DNA from: Fistulifera solaris
Lineage: Eukaryota
DNA length: 64,000 bases
NCBI GenBank assembly: GCA_030295235.1
Contig: AP026167.1
Coordinates: forward strand, 620,001-684,000
Direction of reading: 5' to 3'
Position numbers and translations under genes: made by a program. Of the stretch, positions 10,852 to 21,398 are shown one piece after another; position 1 is the first letter of the stretch; each line of letters opens with the position of its first letter. The notes below the pieces were generated by a model. That model was not told where the DNA came from and ran no database searches. It worked only from the letters and a program-made list of their open reading frames with translations.

Positions 10852-12808
10852 ATGAGTAGCACAGCTCCCCCGTATGCAGCTACTGCGCTCGCGTTGAGCG
10901 TCAAGCACTGGAAGGATTTGGGCATCGACGACGGCGACGAAGAAACAGCCCCCACGAATGACCTGAATACACTCGTCGAACGCCTCACGGCGATTCTTGT
11001 CGTCCGTTGCGTCGCGATCGTAGCCGAGAAAGATGAATTCAATGATCTTTCAACGGCTACAATCTGTCGTTCTACCTTAATGCGCCAAGCATCCTGGCCG
11101 GAGCCAATTACGGCAGACGTCGTCGAACAGATTCGAACGTTCGTTCACGCCATCCTCTCACGTTACAACGATAATCCCTATCACAACCGTGAACATGCGT
11201 ATCATGTCACTACATCCGCTCACAAATTGTTGGAGTTGATGCTGTTGGAAAAGCAACAAACGTTTGGGCTGCGAAACGATCCGCTCATGCAGTTTGCTTT
11301 GATTTTTGCGGCATTGATTCATGACGTCGAACATCAAGGCCTTCCGAACCGTCAATTATGCAACGAAGCTGCAAAACTCGCGGTGACTTATAACGATCAG
11401 TCGGTCGCTGAAAATAGGTCTCTGGCGATTGGGTTCCACGAGCTCTTAAAACAAGATTACAAAGAACTCCGTGCCGTGCTTTTTGGAAATTCAGACGAGA
11501 CAGATCCTTCGCAGTCGGATTACCAAAGATTTCGTAGACAAGTCATCTCTTTAGTTCTCACTACGGATATCGCGAACCCGGAACGCACTGCTCTCTTCAA
11601 GTCTAAATGGGTCGAGGCATTTGAGAGTCCGCTGGTGGACGATGACGTTAGCGTCCTTGAGGATGATGACGAGAAGAAAGATCTGAAAGAAGGCGAGAAC
11701 GAAGAGGACGCCAGCGAATCCCGTGATGTGGTGACATCTGACAAAGTAGGCGAAAGACGGCGATCAAATGCAAGTACTGGATCTTTCCGAAGTCGCGGAA
11801 GTTCTCGGGGAGGCACCCGTCTTGGTGTGAGAATGAGCATCGACTTGTCGGGCGAAGCATTGCACATTTACAAACAAGTAGGAAACTCAAAAAACTCAGA
11901 AGAACCGGACGAACTCAAGATATCGGTTCTCCTTGAGCTATTCCTTACAGCGGCGGATGTATCACACAACCTCCAGGGATGGGAACAGATGGTGAAGTGG
12001 TCGAACTGTCTCTACCTCGAGCTTCAGCGAGCATTATTGATGGGAAGAGGGACGGATCCGAAGCCTAACTGGTTTCAAAATCAAGTAAGTTCCTAGTTTC
12101 TCTTATTGGCCACGATGTTATACCTTCTCTCAACATTTTTTGGCTTCAACCACACAGATAGGTTTTTTGGAATTCTACTTGCTACCTCTTGCTAATAAAC
12201 TGAACGAAACAGGAGTCTTCGGTGGTTTTGTTGGTAAGCAGTTCGCTACAACTGTTTTGGCGAATCGTGATAGGTGGGTCAAAAAAGGCCAAAAGGTTAC
12301 TGATCAAATCATCGAAGAAGGGAAAAAGATGTTGAACGATAATGCAACGATATGCAATCCTTGCAGAATGGATGATGAAGCCGATAGAGACCTCGATCTT
12401 GAAAATGGAGAGATGGAGGCATCTAATGACCCGGGTGAAGGTGGAAGTCCCACCGACTGGGTGAAAGTCTTTATGTTTGTCGTCATTGTTTTATTACTTG
12501 GTGTCATACTGCAGCTATCTCAAATCCGCAGGCACCCCAAAACGCCCCCGAAAGGCTACCCAGGAGTGTGGAAGATTAATTGTCGCAAGCTTGGTAAGGC
12601 GATTGCACCTGTGGACCTTTGCAAGGATGGATATCTTAGAATTGATAGTGGCGGCCATGCCACTTTCCATAACCGCGTTTCGGATGATTGTGATGAAAGT
12701 GAAATGAATATTTGTTTTCGAAATGCGCCAATTTTAACGCAGCAACATCTCATCAAAATCGGACTCTCTACCCTGCCTTCCGAAGAAGAGAATGTTGCTG
12801 TCGCTTAA
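10852..12808 (+). CDS. Class I 3',5'-cyclic nucleotide phosphodiesterase with C-terminal TM segment; intron 12085-12157
   Basis: PYHNREHAYHV, IHDVEHQG, YNDQSVAEN, TTD, ADVSH and (spliced) NQIGFLEFY. GTAAGT donor and CAG acceptor. Confidence 0.88.
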
Positions 12809-12944
12809 ACTATATCAATAAATGAAGATACGTGACAGCATGTCCATAAGGTAGCCGATTATTTATAGTACTTGTAGTTGCTTCGCTAACTACTTAGAAA
12901 TAAGAAAAACTTCCTACGTCTTGCAGTAGCACATGGACTAGGAT

Positions 12945-15900
12945 TCATTGTTGAGTCTTTTTGTTGTCAATCACACAAGCGACAAAGATAGACAAGGTAG
13001 GGTTTTGACTGAGAAGAGAGCCGGATATTTGTAGATGAGAATTCGACGTGTCCTTCGCCGGGTATTGTCTGACTCTAGTACCACTTCTGCTATTCGACGT
13101 CGGCGCGAGGACTAGCAACTCCGAATGCATATCTGTTACCACGGCCTGCAACTCAAAATTTCCTAGAAATCCATGGGCTAACTCTTGGAACAGTTGGTTG
13201 CCGAAACGGTCCATTGTTTGTTGGTCGCAAACCAGCCAGCCAACAGGCTGTCGTCCAGTTGAGAGGCTCTCGAAAACTTCCAAATAGCCGCAAATACGAT
13301 GTAAGACATCGTCGCGGCGAGAGCCACCTGGTGAGTTGTCCAGCAGCTTACCGACTCCATTACGTTCGTATACGTCGAATTCGAAAATGTCACTCTCAGA
13401 GCTCCCTTCGGAGTCGGCGTCATGGTCACTATCGTCTCGACGTGGTATATCGGTCGCATGTCGTCGGTCAGGCGATTGGGAGCGGTGAATGTTATCAGCA
13501 AAGTGAAATCCATAACGGTCGATTTCGGGATCATTCTCCTTCTCTTTGTGAACAAGTGCAGTGGCTTCTGCGGGTCCTTCTTCATCTTCGCTACTTGTCG
13601 TCAAATAGGCTTCCAAAAAGAAAGACGTCAGAACGTTTGACATGACTAGAACTCCGGCAAAGTAAGCCACCATCAAAAAGGTGTATACAATCAGTGGGCT
13701 ATTGAACCGACTCGCAAGAAGGAATGTCTCCGCTAGTATCGCCCAATCATCAACAACCAGCACTTGGAACATCGTAACGATGCCTTCTTGGTAGCTATTG
13801 AAGTTGTTCAGGTCGTACATCTGATAACTTTCTGTTGAAATGTTTCCTCCCCAGAGATACATGCCAACATACACAAAGACATGCAGAGTGGATATAACGA
13901 GGAAGGAAGGGCCCACAAGATAGAAAAGTACCTCAGAGCTTCGCTTGATCAGATCACGAAAAAATTGGAAGAACCTCATGATGCGAACCATATCAAGTGC
14001 CCTTCCAATCAACATACAATTCACAGCTGTAGTAGCATTAGTTGAGAATATTAGCAAGAGAAAGCCAATAAACGACACAATGGCAGCAACAAGCGCGATC
14101 CCATCAAACGCCGGGTCCATACGCGTAAGAGGAGTAAAGTCAGGAATCCGGAAAGGGTTGAACCTGATAACAAGTTCACCACCAGCAGCAAAAGTAATCC
14201 CAAAACAGATCAGTATCGCGGTAATGGAAAGAGAACGGTCATGGAACCGAGATGAAATCATTATCACGAAAACAAAATTGATCATAGAAACCAAGACAGC
14301 TGCTAACTCAATAGTCATTGCCAGTGTGGAGGCGGTCCTTGTTGTTCGGATAGAAGCATTCAGAGCTTTTCGAATTTTCGCACGAAATGTTGCATAATCT
14401 ATGTATTTCTGATCGGATGAAGCAACAATTTCGAGGAGTGCATTGATTTTGAGCGCGCTGTAATGTGGTCTAATGATTTCCAGTATTTGTTGAACCAGCG
14501 ATAGAGGTATACAGTCCCCAGGTGATGTTGTCGTTGAAGCGTCTTGACCAAGACGATGATGAAACTGGAGTGATTTGAATGCAAGCTGTATAGCAAGCTC
14601 GCGTTGTGCAGCAGCTTTTTTTCGAATTTCTTTTGAAGCACGCATGTATGCGTGGAACACAACGCTCAGAATCAATGATTGCATGGAGAACACACTGATT
14701 ACAATAAATGAGACGAAGAAGACCGCTGAAAGTTGCGACTGCTCGTAAAACGGAAGCCATATTCCAGGATTCCCAGCAGAAGATGACAACTCAAATAGAG
14801 AAAGCAAGGAGGCACCAAGATGCTCAAAACCGTCATGCTTTTGGAAAAGCCGAGTTGCGATCGCCGCAAAGAGAAGATGCAGAAGACCATCCATGGAAAG
14901 AACCCGCACAACCTCCGGAAAAATCATACCAAGAACAGTTAATGCCTCCCTGGCAAGTGAAGAAACGTAGAACAAAGCCACAGGCTTGAAAGTGCTGGAG
15001 AAAATAACCAAACTGCGATCAGGAGATATCACCAACTTCGTGCAATTCTCCAGGAACAATAAACCACAAAATAACATCAGGGGCTGACCAAACGAGTTAT
15101 TTCGACTTGAATAGGCTAAATTCTCTTTGAACAGGCCTGCTCGATCTCCAAGCATCGAGCTGAACCTCGGGTTCATGGATAATTTATAAAGATCTCGTGC
15201 GATCAAAAGGTCAAAAGAATAGACGATGACAGCAAAGGCATTGAGCGCTGTCAGTGCTGCTTGATCATCTTGCTGGTTTCCAAAACCTTCAAAGAAGCAG
15301 CTCAGAAACAAGGCAACAGTTGCAATACCCAGGACGACTGGATAAATACAATTGCCATACCTAAATTCGTGAAGTTTGACTTGCCGTTCCGATATCTCTT
15401 CAAGACCGCATCCGCCAAACACTGGCGGCCGACTTGCTTCATAATCCCTCAGAAAGGCTGCAGCAAGTTGGACGTAACTGGGTCGTTTAGCGCTAGCACG
15501 TCTTTCGATACTTTTAGACGGTCCACCAGAACCAGAAGGATCTAACAAGGGACTACCTTCGTGGGGATTATCAGGACGCAAATCGCGGAAATTCAAAGAC
15601 GAAATGTGCACGAGATGCTCGTTCGAGAATCTTTTGGCATCATTCTCGGTGCTAATTGAGGGCGAAGCGGAGCGAAATGATGCCGCGAGTTGTGTGACCC
15701 AGTTGCTAGAATCGTAATCCTTTGACTTCAATTTGTATCGTTGTTTCGCCGACCTTTTGTAGTCCTTCCTTGACGGCATGCTTGCCGCTAAGCCAGACGT
15801 CTTCTTTAATGAGCTCTTTTGCTGAAACCTTTGCTTTCGATCGGTGGCAATTCGCCCTCCTTCCTTTGCATGCTGGACATTCGAAAGAAACGAGGGCGAT

Positions 15901-16181
15901 TTACTTCTGGAATATTTTCGTTCCGAACGAGACGAAGAATGTTTTTGTGACTTTCGATGAGACGGGTCTTCGCTAGTATCGGAATACTCGAGGACAGAGA
16001 GACGCCCGATTGCGAGCTTATCATCCTCTTCATCCGCCAACGCTTCCGTCATGCTGACGTCTGAAACGAAAGAACTTCCACGAAACATGGGTGAGGCATT
16101 GAATCTAGACGAGTCCAGCTTCTCTTCATCCGCTTCTGAGGCGTCTGAGGGATCATTGGGATCATAAGCCTGAGATGTCAT
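12945..16181 (-). CDS. Two-pore channel (TPC)-like 2x6TM cation channel
   Basis: Two TM bundles. Pore I is SLLSLFELSSSAGNPGIWLP and pore II is NFNSYQEGIVTMFQVLVVDDW. The Arg-rich S4 reads RALDMVRIMRFFQFFR. Start taken at ATG MTSQAYDP. Confidence 0.85.
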   Translation of the reverse strand: MTSQAYDPNDPSDASEADEEKLDSSRFNASPMFRGSSFVSDVSMTEALADEEDDKLAIGRLSVLEYSDTSEDPSHRKSQKHSSSRSERKYSRSKSPSFLSNVQHAKEGGRIATDRKQRFQQKSSLKKTSGLAASMPSRKDYKRSAKQRYKLKSKDYDSSNWVTQLAASFRSASPSISTENDAKRFSNEHLVHISSLNFRDLRPDNPHEGSPLLDPSGSGGPSKSIERRASAKRPSYVQLAAAFLRDYEASRPPVFGGCGLEEISERQVKLHEFRYGNCIYPVVLGIATVALFLSCFFEGFGNQQDDQAALTALNAFAVIVYSFDLLIARDLYKLSMNPRFSSMLGDRAGLFKENLAYSSRNNSFGQPLMLFCGLLFLENCTKLVISPDRSLVIFSSTFKPVALFYVSSLAREALTVLGMIFPEVVRVLSMDGLLHLLFAAIATRLFQKHDGFEHLGASLLSLFELSSSAGNPGIWLPFYEQSQLSAVFFVSFIVISVFSMQSLILSVVFHAYMRASKEIRKKAAAQRELAIQLAFKSLQFHHRLGQDASTTTSPGDCIPLSLVQQILEIIRPHYSALKINALLEIVASSDQKYIDYATFRAKIRKALNASIRTTRTASTLAMTIELAAVLVSMINFVFVIMISSRFHDRSLSITAILICFGITFAAGGELVIRFNPFRIPDFTPLTRMDPAFDGIALVAAIVSFIGFLLLIFSTNATTAVNCMLIGRALDMVRIMRFFQFFRDLIKRSSEVLFYLVGPSFLVISTLHVFVYVGMYLWGGNISTESYQMYDLNNFNSYQEGIVTMFQVLVVDDWAILAETFLLASRFNSPLIVYTFLMVAYFAGVLVMSNVLTSFFLEAYLTTSSEDEEGPAEATALVHKEKENDPEIDRYGFHFADNIHRSQSPDRRHATDIPRRDDSDHDADSEGSSESDIFEFDVYERNGVGKLLDNSPGGSRRDDVLHRICGYLEVFESLSTGRQPVGWLVCDQQTMDRFGNQLFQELAHGFLGNFELQAVVTDMHSELLVLAPTSNSRSGTRVRQYPAKDTSNSHLQISGSLLSQNPTLSIFVACVIDNKKTQQ

Positions 16182-16821
16182 TCCTCTTTGTATTGTAATG
16201 TAGACCTCGCAAGATTTCAGGTACCAATCGAAGAAAACAGAACGCAATTGACACCACCAGACGACGAACTTGTCGAGCAGCTCACGTGCGACGAAATCTC
16301 AGGTCAAAGGAGCAGCTATTATCGAGCTGCTTGCTATTAAACTAAACCTCCTTGATGATCATCAATATGCAGCTCCAATTTGCCATGGCATGAAGATTGC
16401 ACGAGTCAAAAGAACAAAAGCAGTGGAGTAAAGAAAAAAAAGAAGCGCATAGCGGATAGTCAAAGCAAAGTGCGTTGAGTGTGTCCGGAAGAAGGACAAA
16501 TCAATTTTGACACTGGAATTTACTGTACCCTCACAACAAATCGGAACGGTACTCATTGTTCAGCGCTGAGACAGAAACGATTATTTTGCGTCTTGCCTCG
16601 TTGTCTTCGTCCGTCATACTTGGGACTAGGGACTCGTTCAATACTAGTGACCTGTGACTGTGACTCGCGTGCGCGCCTTTCGTTTTTCGTTAGCTTTTTA
16701 CCATTTACTTCGTTACTACAAAATTCCGCTCACCGCGCTTCTTCGTCGAGCAGTATCCTTCATCGATATTCTCAGCTCATCGTTGCAATCGAACGACTCC
16801 TTGTTTTGGATAATAATATTG

Positions 16822-17026
16822 GTAAGCTAGTTATGTGCATTGATAATGATGGAGGATGGAGGGAATTCAGAGGAACGAATTTTGGGTGGTTGATAGTTTC
16901 TGGCGAAAAGAAATGAACAAAATCTTCATGCCGCGGGTTTGCTATCATCTTCAAGCCGCTTGTCTCATTTTTCTCTTTCTTTTCATTGAATCCTTCTTTG
17001 TCTGACATTTTTTGTTTTGAAAACAG
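16822..17026 (+). other. Probable 5'-UTR intron of RPS27
   Basis: GTAAGC donor, pyrimidine tract, CTGAC branch-like site and AACAG acceptor 23 nt before the ATG. Confidence 0.6.
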
Positions 17027-17049
17027 GATTTATCTAAGAATCAATTAAA

Positions 17050-17298
17050 ATGCCTAAGGATCTCTTGCACCCGTCACCTGAGGATGAACTCCGAACTCAC
17101 AAACTGAAGCGCCTTGTACAATCTCCCAATTCTTACTTCATGGACATTAAGTGCCCGGGATGTTTTCAAATTACAACGGTTTTCAGCCACGCACAGACCG
17201 TTGTCATGTGCGCCAACTGCAATATTCATCTTTGCGAGCCCACCGGAGGTAAAGCTCGACTGACTGAAGGATGCAGCTATAGAAAGAAGGTTGACTAA
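17050..17298 (+). CDS. RPS27: 40S ribosomal protein S27 (eS27)
   Basis: DLLHPS...[22 protein letters not shown]...[12 protein letters not shown]...[13 protein letters not shown]. Confidence 0.98.
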   Translation: MPKDLLHPSPEDELRTHKLKRLVQSPNSYFMDIKCPGCFQITTVFSHAQTVVMCANCNIHLCEPTGGKARLTEGCSYRKKVD

Positions 17299-17563
17299 AT
17301 AAACATATTATTACACCCAGAATTGACTGCGTCTATTGTCGTGATTGAATGTTCGTTGCTTGAAAATCTTTGGTGTAGTAATTTGGGCGTAGTGTTGCAT
17401 ACGTTTTGTACTAGGGTGACTTAGCTATGAGGTATCATCCGCCGCTGCTATGTTCATTAGCATGAAAAATTTATTAATCAGTCATGTTGTAAGAGCTAGA
17501 ATGGGCCACATCCACGTTGGCAGCGTATCTCGCTCCCAACAAGCCATCTAGATCCATGTAGGC

Positions 17564-19249
17564 CTAGTCAAGATCAACCCAATCAGGAATAAAGGTTGTC
17601 CGTGCGATCTTGATAAACTCCAAAAGTGCAGTAGCCTCGAGAATCTCTGTTTCAAAGTCGCCCGTCGCCTTGGCCGTGGACGAGAAGCACTGGCGAAGAG
17701 TATGGGTAGCATGTGCTGATGCATCGCGGAGGCGCTCTTGCACGATGTAACCTAAGGTGCGACCATCCGCAGTTGCTCCCCAAACTTCGAGCTTAGAGTG
17801 GTCTGTTAAACCATGATGAAGAGGCTTCCATCTATGCCTGTTTTGATCATAGATTTGATCATGGTAGTTCGAATCTGCTTGTGTTTTACCTTCCGTAATC
17901 GCTGGTTCCGTTGAATCTCCCTTAGCCCGGATCAAAACAACCAAAGGCACTAGATAAATGACCATCTCAAAACATTCAAAGTCTAAAAGCAAGTGCGACC
18001 CGATCCCAAAGGGCTCCGGTCGAATGAGCTTCGCCCCTTTTCGTTTCAATGCAGAAAGTAAATTGGAAGGGGCCTTGCGGTTCGGAGTGAGAAGAACACG
18101 ACTGCTTATCACTGGTCGTTTCGACGTCAGGCGTCTTCGTTTGGAAAGAGGAGCATCTCCCGTATCTTCCACTACTTCGTCTGTGGCAAAAACCAGCAGT
18201 TTCATCCAAGCATCTTCCAACGTCAACTTGATAGCCGGTGAATTCTCATGCTGTGTCTTTAATACATCTTGGCATACTTGAATGCCTTCGTTTACAATCT
18301 GATTGGCTTTGACTAACGTCTTGGGAGGCACAGTCTTCTTGTCGGCGATGCTCATATAAGCCAGACAGACGGTTCCTGCCGCCCGCATCTTGTCTAAATG
18401 TTTCAACGCGCGAACAATGTCTGCCTCACTGAGTCCTTCTCGCAGTTGTTGCTGTGCAACACTCCTGGTAGGGAGCGGAACAGCCGCCTGTGCTGTTTCC
18501 ATAGCCTCCGCGAGAAGTTCATTTGGTTTCTGGAGAGGTTTCGTTTTGTGTAGCTTCTCGTGCAAATGCTCATGTCGACGCTGGGCGCACTGGGCCAAAA
18601 TCTTGCTCGGTTGAGGATTCGCGAGTTCCGCAAAGTCCGTTTCTTTCTTGGCCAGCGTCTCCGCCAAGAACCGATCAGCATCCGCCAACTTGACAATATG
18701 CGCTCTAATATTCTCCGTCTTTCGTTCTAAATACGTTTTCAGCTTTTCCAGTTGCTCGGCAGTGATCCCTTTCGCATTCTCTTCCGTTCCCGGCAGTACA
18801 CCCAAATCGGTGGCCCAGATGCGGACCCCATCGGTATGTTGCCGCAACTGAATGGCTTTTTCCTCTCCATACTTGGCTTTCATTTCCGCCACAGCGGTAT
18901 CCGCGTGTTTTAAAATATAGAGCAAGTCTTCGCCGTAATGATTGCGCAATTCTTTTATAGTGCTTTGTATATCGGTCGTGGGTGCGGCAGCGGCGACGGG
19001 TGGGACATAGTTTTTCTGCAGTTTCTTGAGCCGTTTGGCTAGCGTTTTTCGATAATTTTCAAGAGAAGTGGCAGCGTTGAACACAGTTGCTTCGAATTGT
19101 GACGCTAGACGTAATTTGGAGGCCGGTGTGGCACCCGGTTCGAGAGCGGCAAGCACCTTAGAAATCTCTCGGACTTCGTTGTTTCGATACGATTGTTGTA
19201 CGGAAGCGCGCCAATCACCACCAGCAGGAGTTGCAGTAGCGTCCGTCAT
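17564..19249 (-). CDS. KIX-domain protein, Mediator subunit 15-like
   Basis: The N-terminus DWRASVQQSYR...LASQFEATVFNAATSLENYRKTLAKRL resembles the MED15 KIX domain. NLS-like KRRR. Confidence 0.65.
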   Translation of the reverse strand: MTDATATPAGGDWRASVQQSYRNNEVREISKVLAALEPGATPASKLRLASQFEATVFNAATSLENYRKTLAKRLKKLQKNYVPPVAAAAPTTDIQSTIKELRNHYGEDLLYILKHADTAVAEMKAKYGEEKAIQLRQHTDGVRIWATDLGVLPGTEENAKGITAEQLEKLKTYLERKTENIRAHIVKLADADRFLAETLAKKETDFAELANPQPSKILAQCAQRRHEHLHEKLHKTKPLQKPNELLAEAMETAQAAVPLPTRSVAQQQLREGLSEADIVRALKHLDKMRAAGTVCLAYMSIADKKTVPPKTLVKANQIVNEGIQVCQDVLKTQHENSPAIKLTLEDAWMKLLVFATDEVVEDTGDAPLSKRRRLTSKRPVISSRVLLTPNRKAPSNLLSALKRKGAKLIRPEPFGIGSHLLLDFECFEMVIYLVPLVVLIRAKGDSTEPAITEGKTQADSNYHDQIYDQNRHRWKPLHHGLTDHSKLEVWGATADGRTLGYIVQERLRDASAHATHTLRQCFSSTAKATGDFETEILEATALLEFIKIARTTFIPDWVDLD

Positions 19250-19731
19250 TAGAAAGTACTACAGCAGTCGATAAGAATCATGCTAAGCTTCTTATTGCAA
19301 AGTTTAAAGTTGTCGTCGTGCTCGACAAAAATAAAAAACGAAAATAAAAAGCAAAAATAAAACTCCGTATCATTCGTGATGATTCGTGATCCATGACGCA
19401 TGACTAAAATCCAGTCGTGACAAAAGGTCGCTTACAGGTTAGGCTACAGTAAGTATGTCTTTCGATTAAACGTTAAGGTTAGGGCTCTCTGGTATAGCAG
19501 GAGCTGTTTTACGCCTGACGTCTGGCCTTCATCTCTCAGCGACTCTAGTAGAAAAATATTGACGCGACGATTTTTTTTGATGGCCAACACAAATTTTCCG
19601 CGCAACAACAAACGAACAGATAACGAGGTGAACTGGACGAGCAAAAGAAATAACAAGCTAGTCGATATCTCCTCCTCTACCAGTGAGATTATCAATAGGG
19701 ATCACTCGAGACGACCACACGGAGTAATACG

Positions 19732-20865
19732 ATGACCGAATCCCCTCAACTCGACGACCCCTTTGAAACACACAAACAAATTCTTGCTGCCTTGACGCAA
19801 TTAGAAGATTCTTTGAAAGAGCTAAACGATGGCGTATCACCTCCAACACTATCACACTACAGATTAATACCCGAAGCTGTCAAAGAATCATACAGTCTCC
19901 TGACACAAGGCGCCGAAATCATTCACGCCAGCAGCACCAAATACACTCTCCTAGGAAAACTCGACGCCACCGAACAAGGACGCGCGCTACGCGACATTGT
20001 CAATGGTTGTCAGCTCATGGGTACTGCGTGTCTTGTAATAAATGACGATCAAACGGGATGTGCCCGTCCGACACGACAGCACTGCAAGCGAGCCACACGT
20101 GCCGTGGTATTGTCGGTCCTACAAATGATTCATGTTTGGGTGGACCAGTTGGCGCAGGGCAGTGACAACAATCTCGGAGCACAAAAAGCGGGAACTGTTT
20201 GGGAAAAATGCAATGTGATTTTGGAAAAACGACTTCCTCAAGGGAATCGGAATTGTATACGACGAGATTTGCTTATCTATATGAAAGATTGCGCCGATAC
20301 CATGGCAGAATTTCAAGATTTAATAGACCAGGGACCTTCCACTGCGGAACGAGCCGAAGTTCCCGACACCAGCGATAATGATCTTTCCGTCTTGCACATG
20401 TTACAGCAAGCCCTAGACGGAGACGTAAGCACCTATACCGAGAACGAGCTTCCGGTCGCTACGGCCAGTCTTTATCTAATCAAACTATCTCGCGGTTGTA
20501 TCAATTTATCAATGCAGTGCATAGAGGAGATCATGGGACAGGCGTCTGATAACGAAGAAAAAAATAGACTTGACTGGATTTCCAAGTTGTATGACTTGGC
20601 GCATGATGTCGGCGTTGGGGTGACCGATCTTGGTGCATCCATGTACCCACCATTACAAGTCAGTTCCCTGAAGGAACAAGTCGAACACCAATGCACCGTA
20701 ATACAGAATCTTTTGTCGTGTATTTCCGAGCTCAGAGAGTTCATTCGAGCGACAGATTTTAAACAGACATTGTCGTTGGATACTATTTCATTGTTTTCAA
20801 AACTGGAGACTGCATTTCAAAAACGACACCGAGAAGCAATGGATGCTATTGAAATGTTGACTTGA
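19732..20865 (+). CDS. Cyclin-D1-binding protein 1 / GCIP family
   Basis: Helical protein with STKYTLL, AGTVWEKC, MKDCADTMAEF and DLGASMYPP, matching GCIP-family motifs. Confidence 0.75.
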   Translation: MTESPQLDDPFETHKQILAALTQLEDSLKELNDGVSPPTLSHYRLIPEAVKESYSLLTQGAEIIHASSTKYTLLGKLDATEQGRALRDIVNGCQLMGTACLVINDDQTGCARPTRQHCKRATRAVVLSVLQMIHVWVDQLAQGSDNNLGAQKAGTVWEKCNVILEKRLPQGNRNCIRRDLLIYMKDCADTMAEFQDLIDQGPSTAERAEVPDTSDNDLSVLHMLQQALDGDVSTYTENELPVATASLYLIKLSRGCINLSMQCIEEIMGQASDNEEKNRLDWISKLYDLAHDVGVGVTDLGASMYPPLQVSSLKEQVEHQCTVIQNLLSCISELREFIRATDFKQTLSLDTISLFSKLETAFQKRHREAMDAIEMLT

Positions 20866-21398
20866 TGATTACCTGGTATTGACATTCGGCTAATACTTCA
20901 TGGTGTCTCAAAGAGTGAGATGAGGAGTTGATGGCAGTTAGATGTTACACCTTGGACGATCATAGTCTTCCATAGATCTCGCAATAGATGACATCTTGTT
21001 TTAACAGATACCGGTAAGATACTTTTGACTATTGGGTTGGCTACCACTTTGACCGATTCAAAACAGGCCCTACACAAATTCCCATACTTGATGTTAATAG
21101 ATGTTCTATGTTATGCTCATGGATTTTGTTCTTGACCTTCGCAAAGGTGAGAATGCAAACGATGGCGCAGGATGACGAAAGGATTAGTGAGTGTAGTTCA
21201 ACCGATCAATCGACTAGATGTTTTTCTTTTCCTCCATATATTGTCACATCAGAAAATTTTAACGCGTTGCTTTACCACAAGAAGAATTCAAACGATATCC
21301 AGGAGACCTAGATGTATTCATCGAAGGCTTCCAGTCGATCGGATAATCTAGTAAAAGTCATTCAGGTGATTTTGACACTCCGACGGACACGCAACAAA

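Noticed and set aside
16845..17005. Box C/D snoRNA in the RPS27 5'-UTR intron
   Set aside because: Box C is imperfect (ATGATGG), the CTGA coincides with the likely branch point, and I saw no terminal stem or rRNA guide.
20868..20878. U1 snRNA 5' end (TTACCTGG)
   Set aside because: The match is only 8 nt with no U1 stem-loops or Sm site. It is part of the recurrent TACCWGGTA motif.
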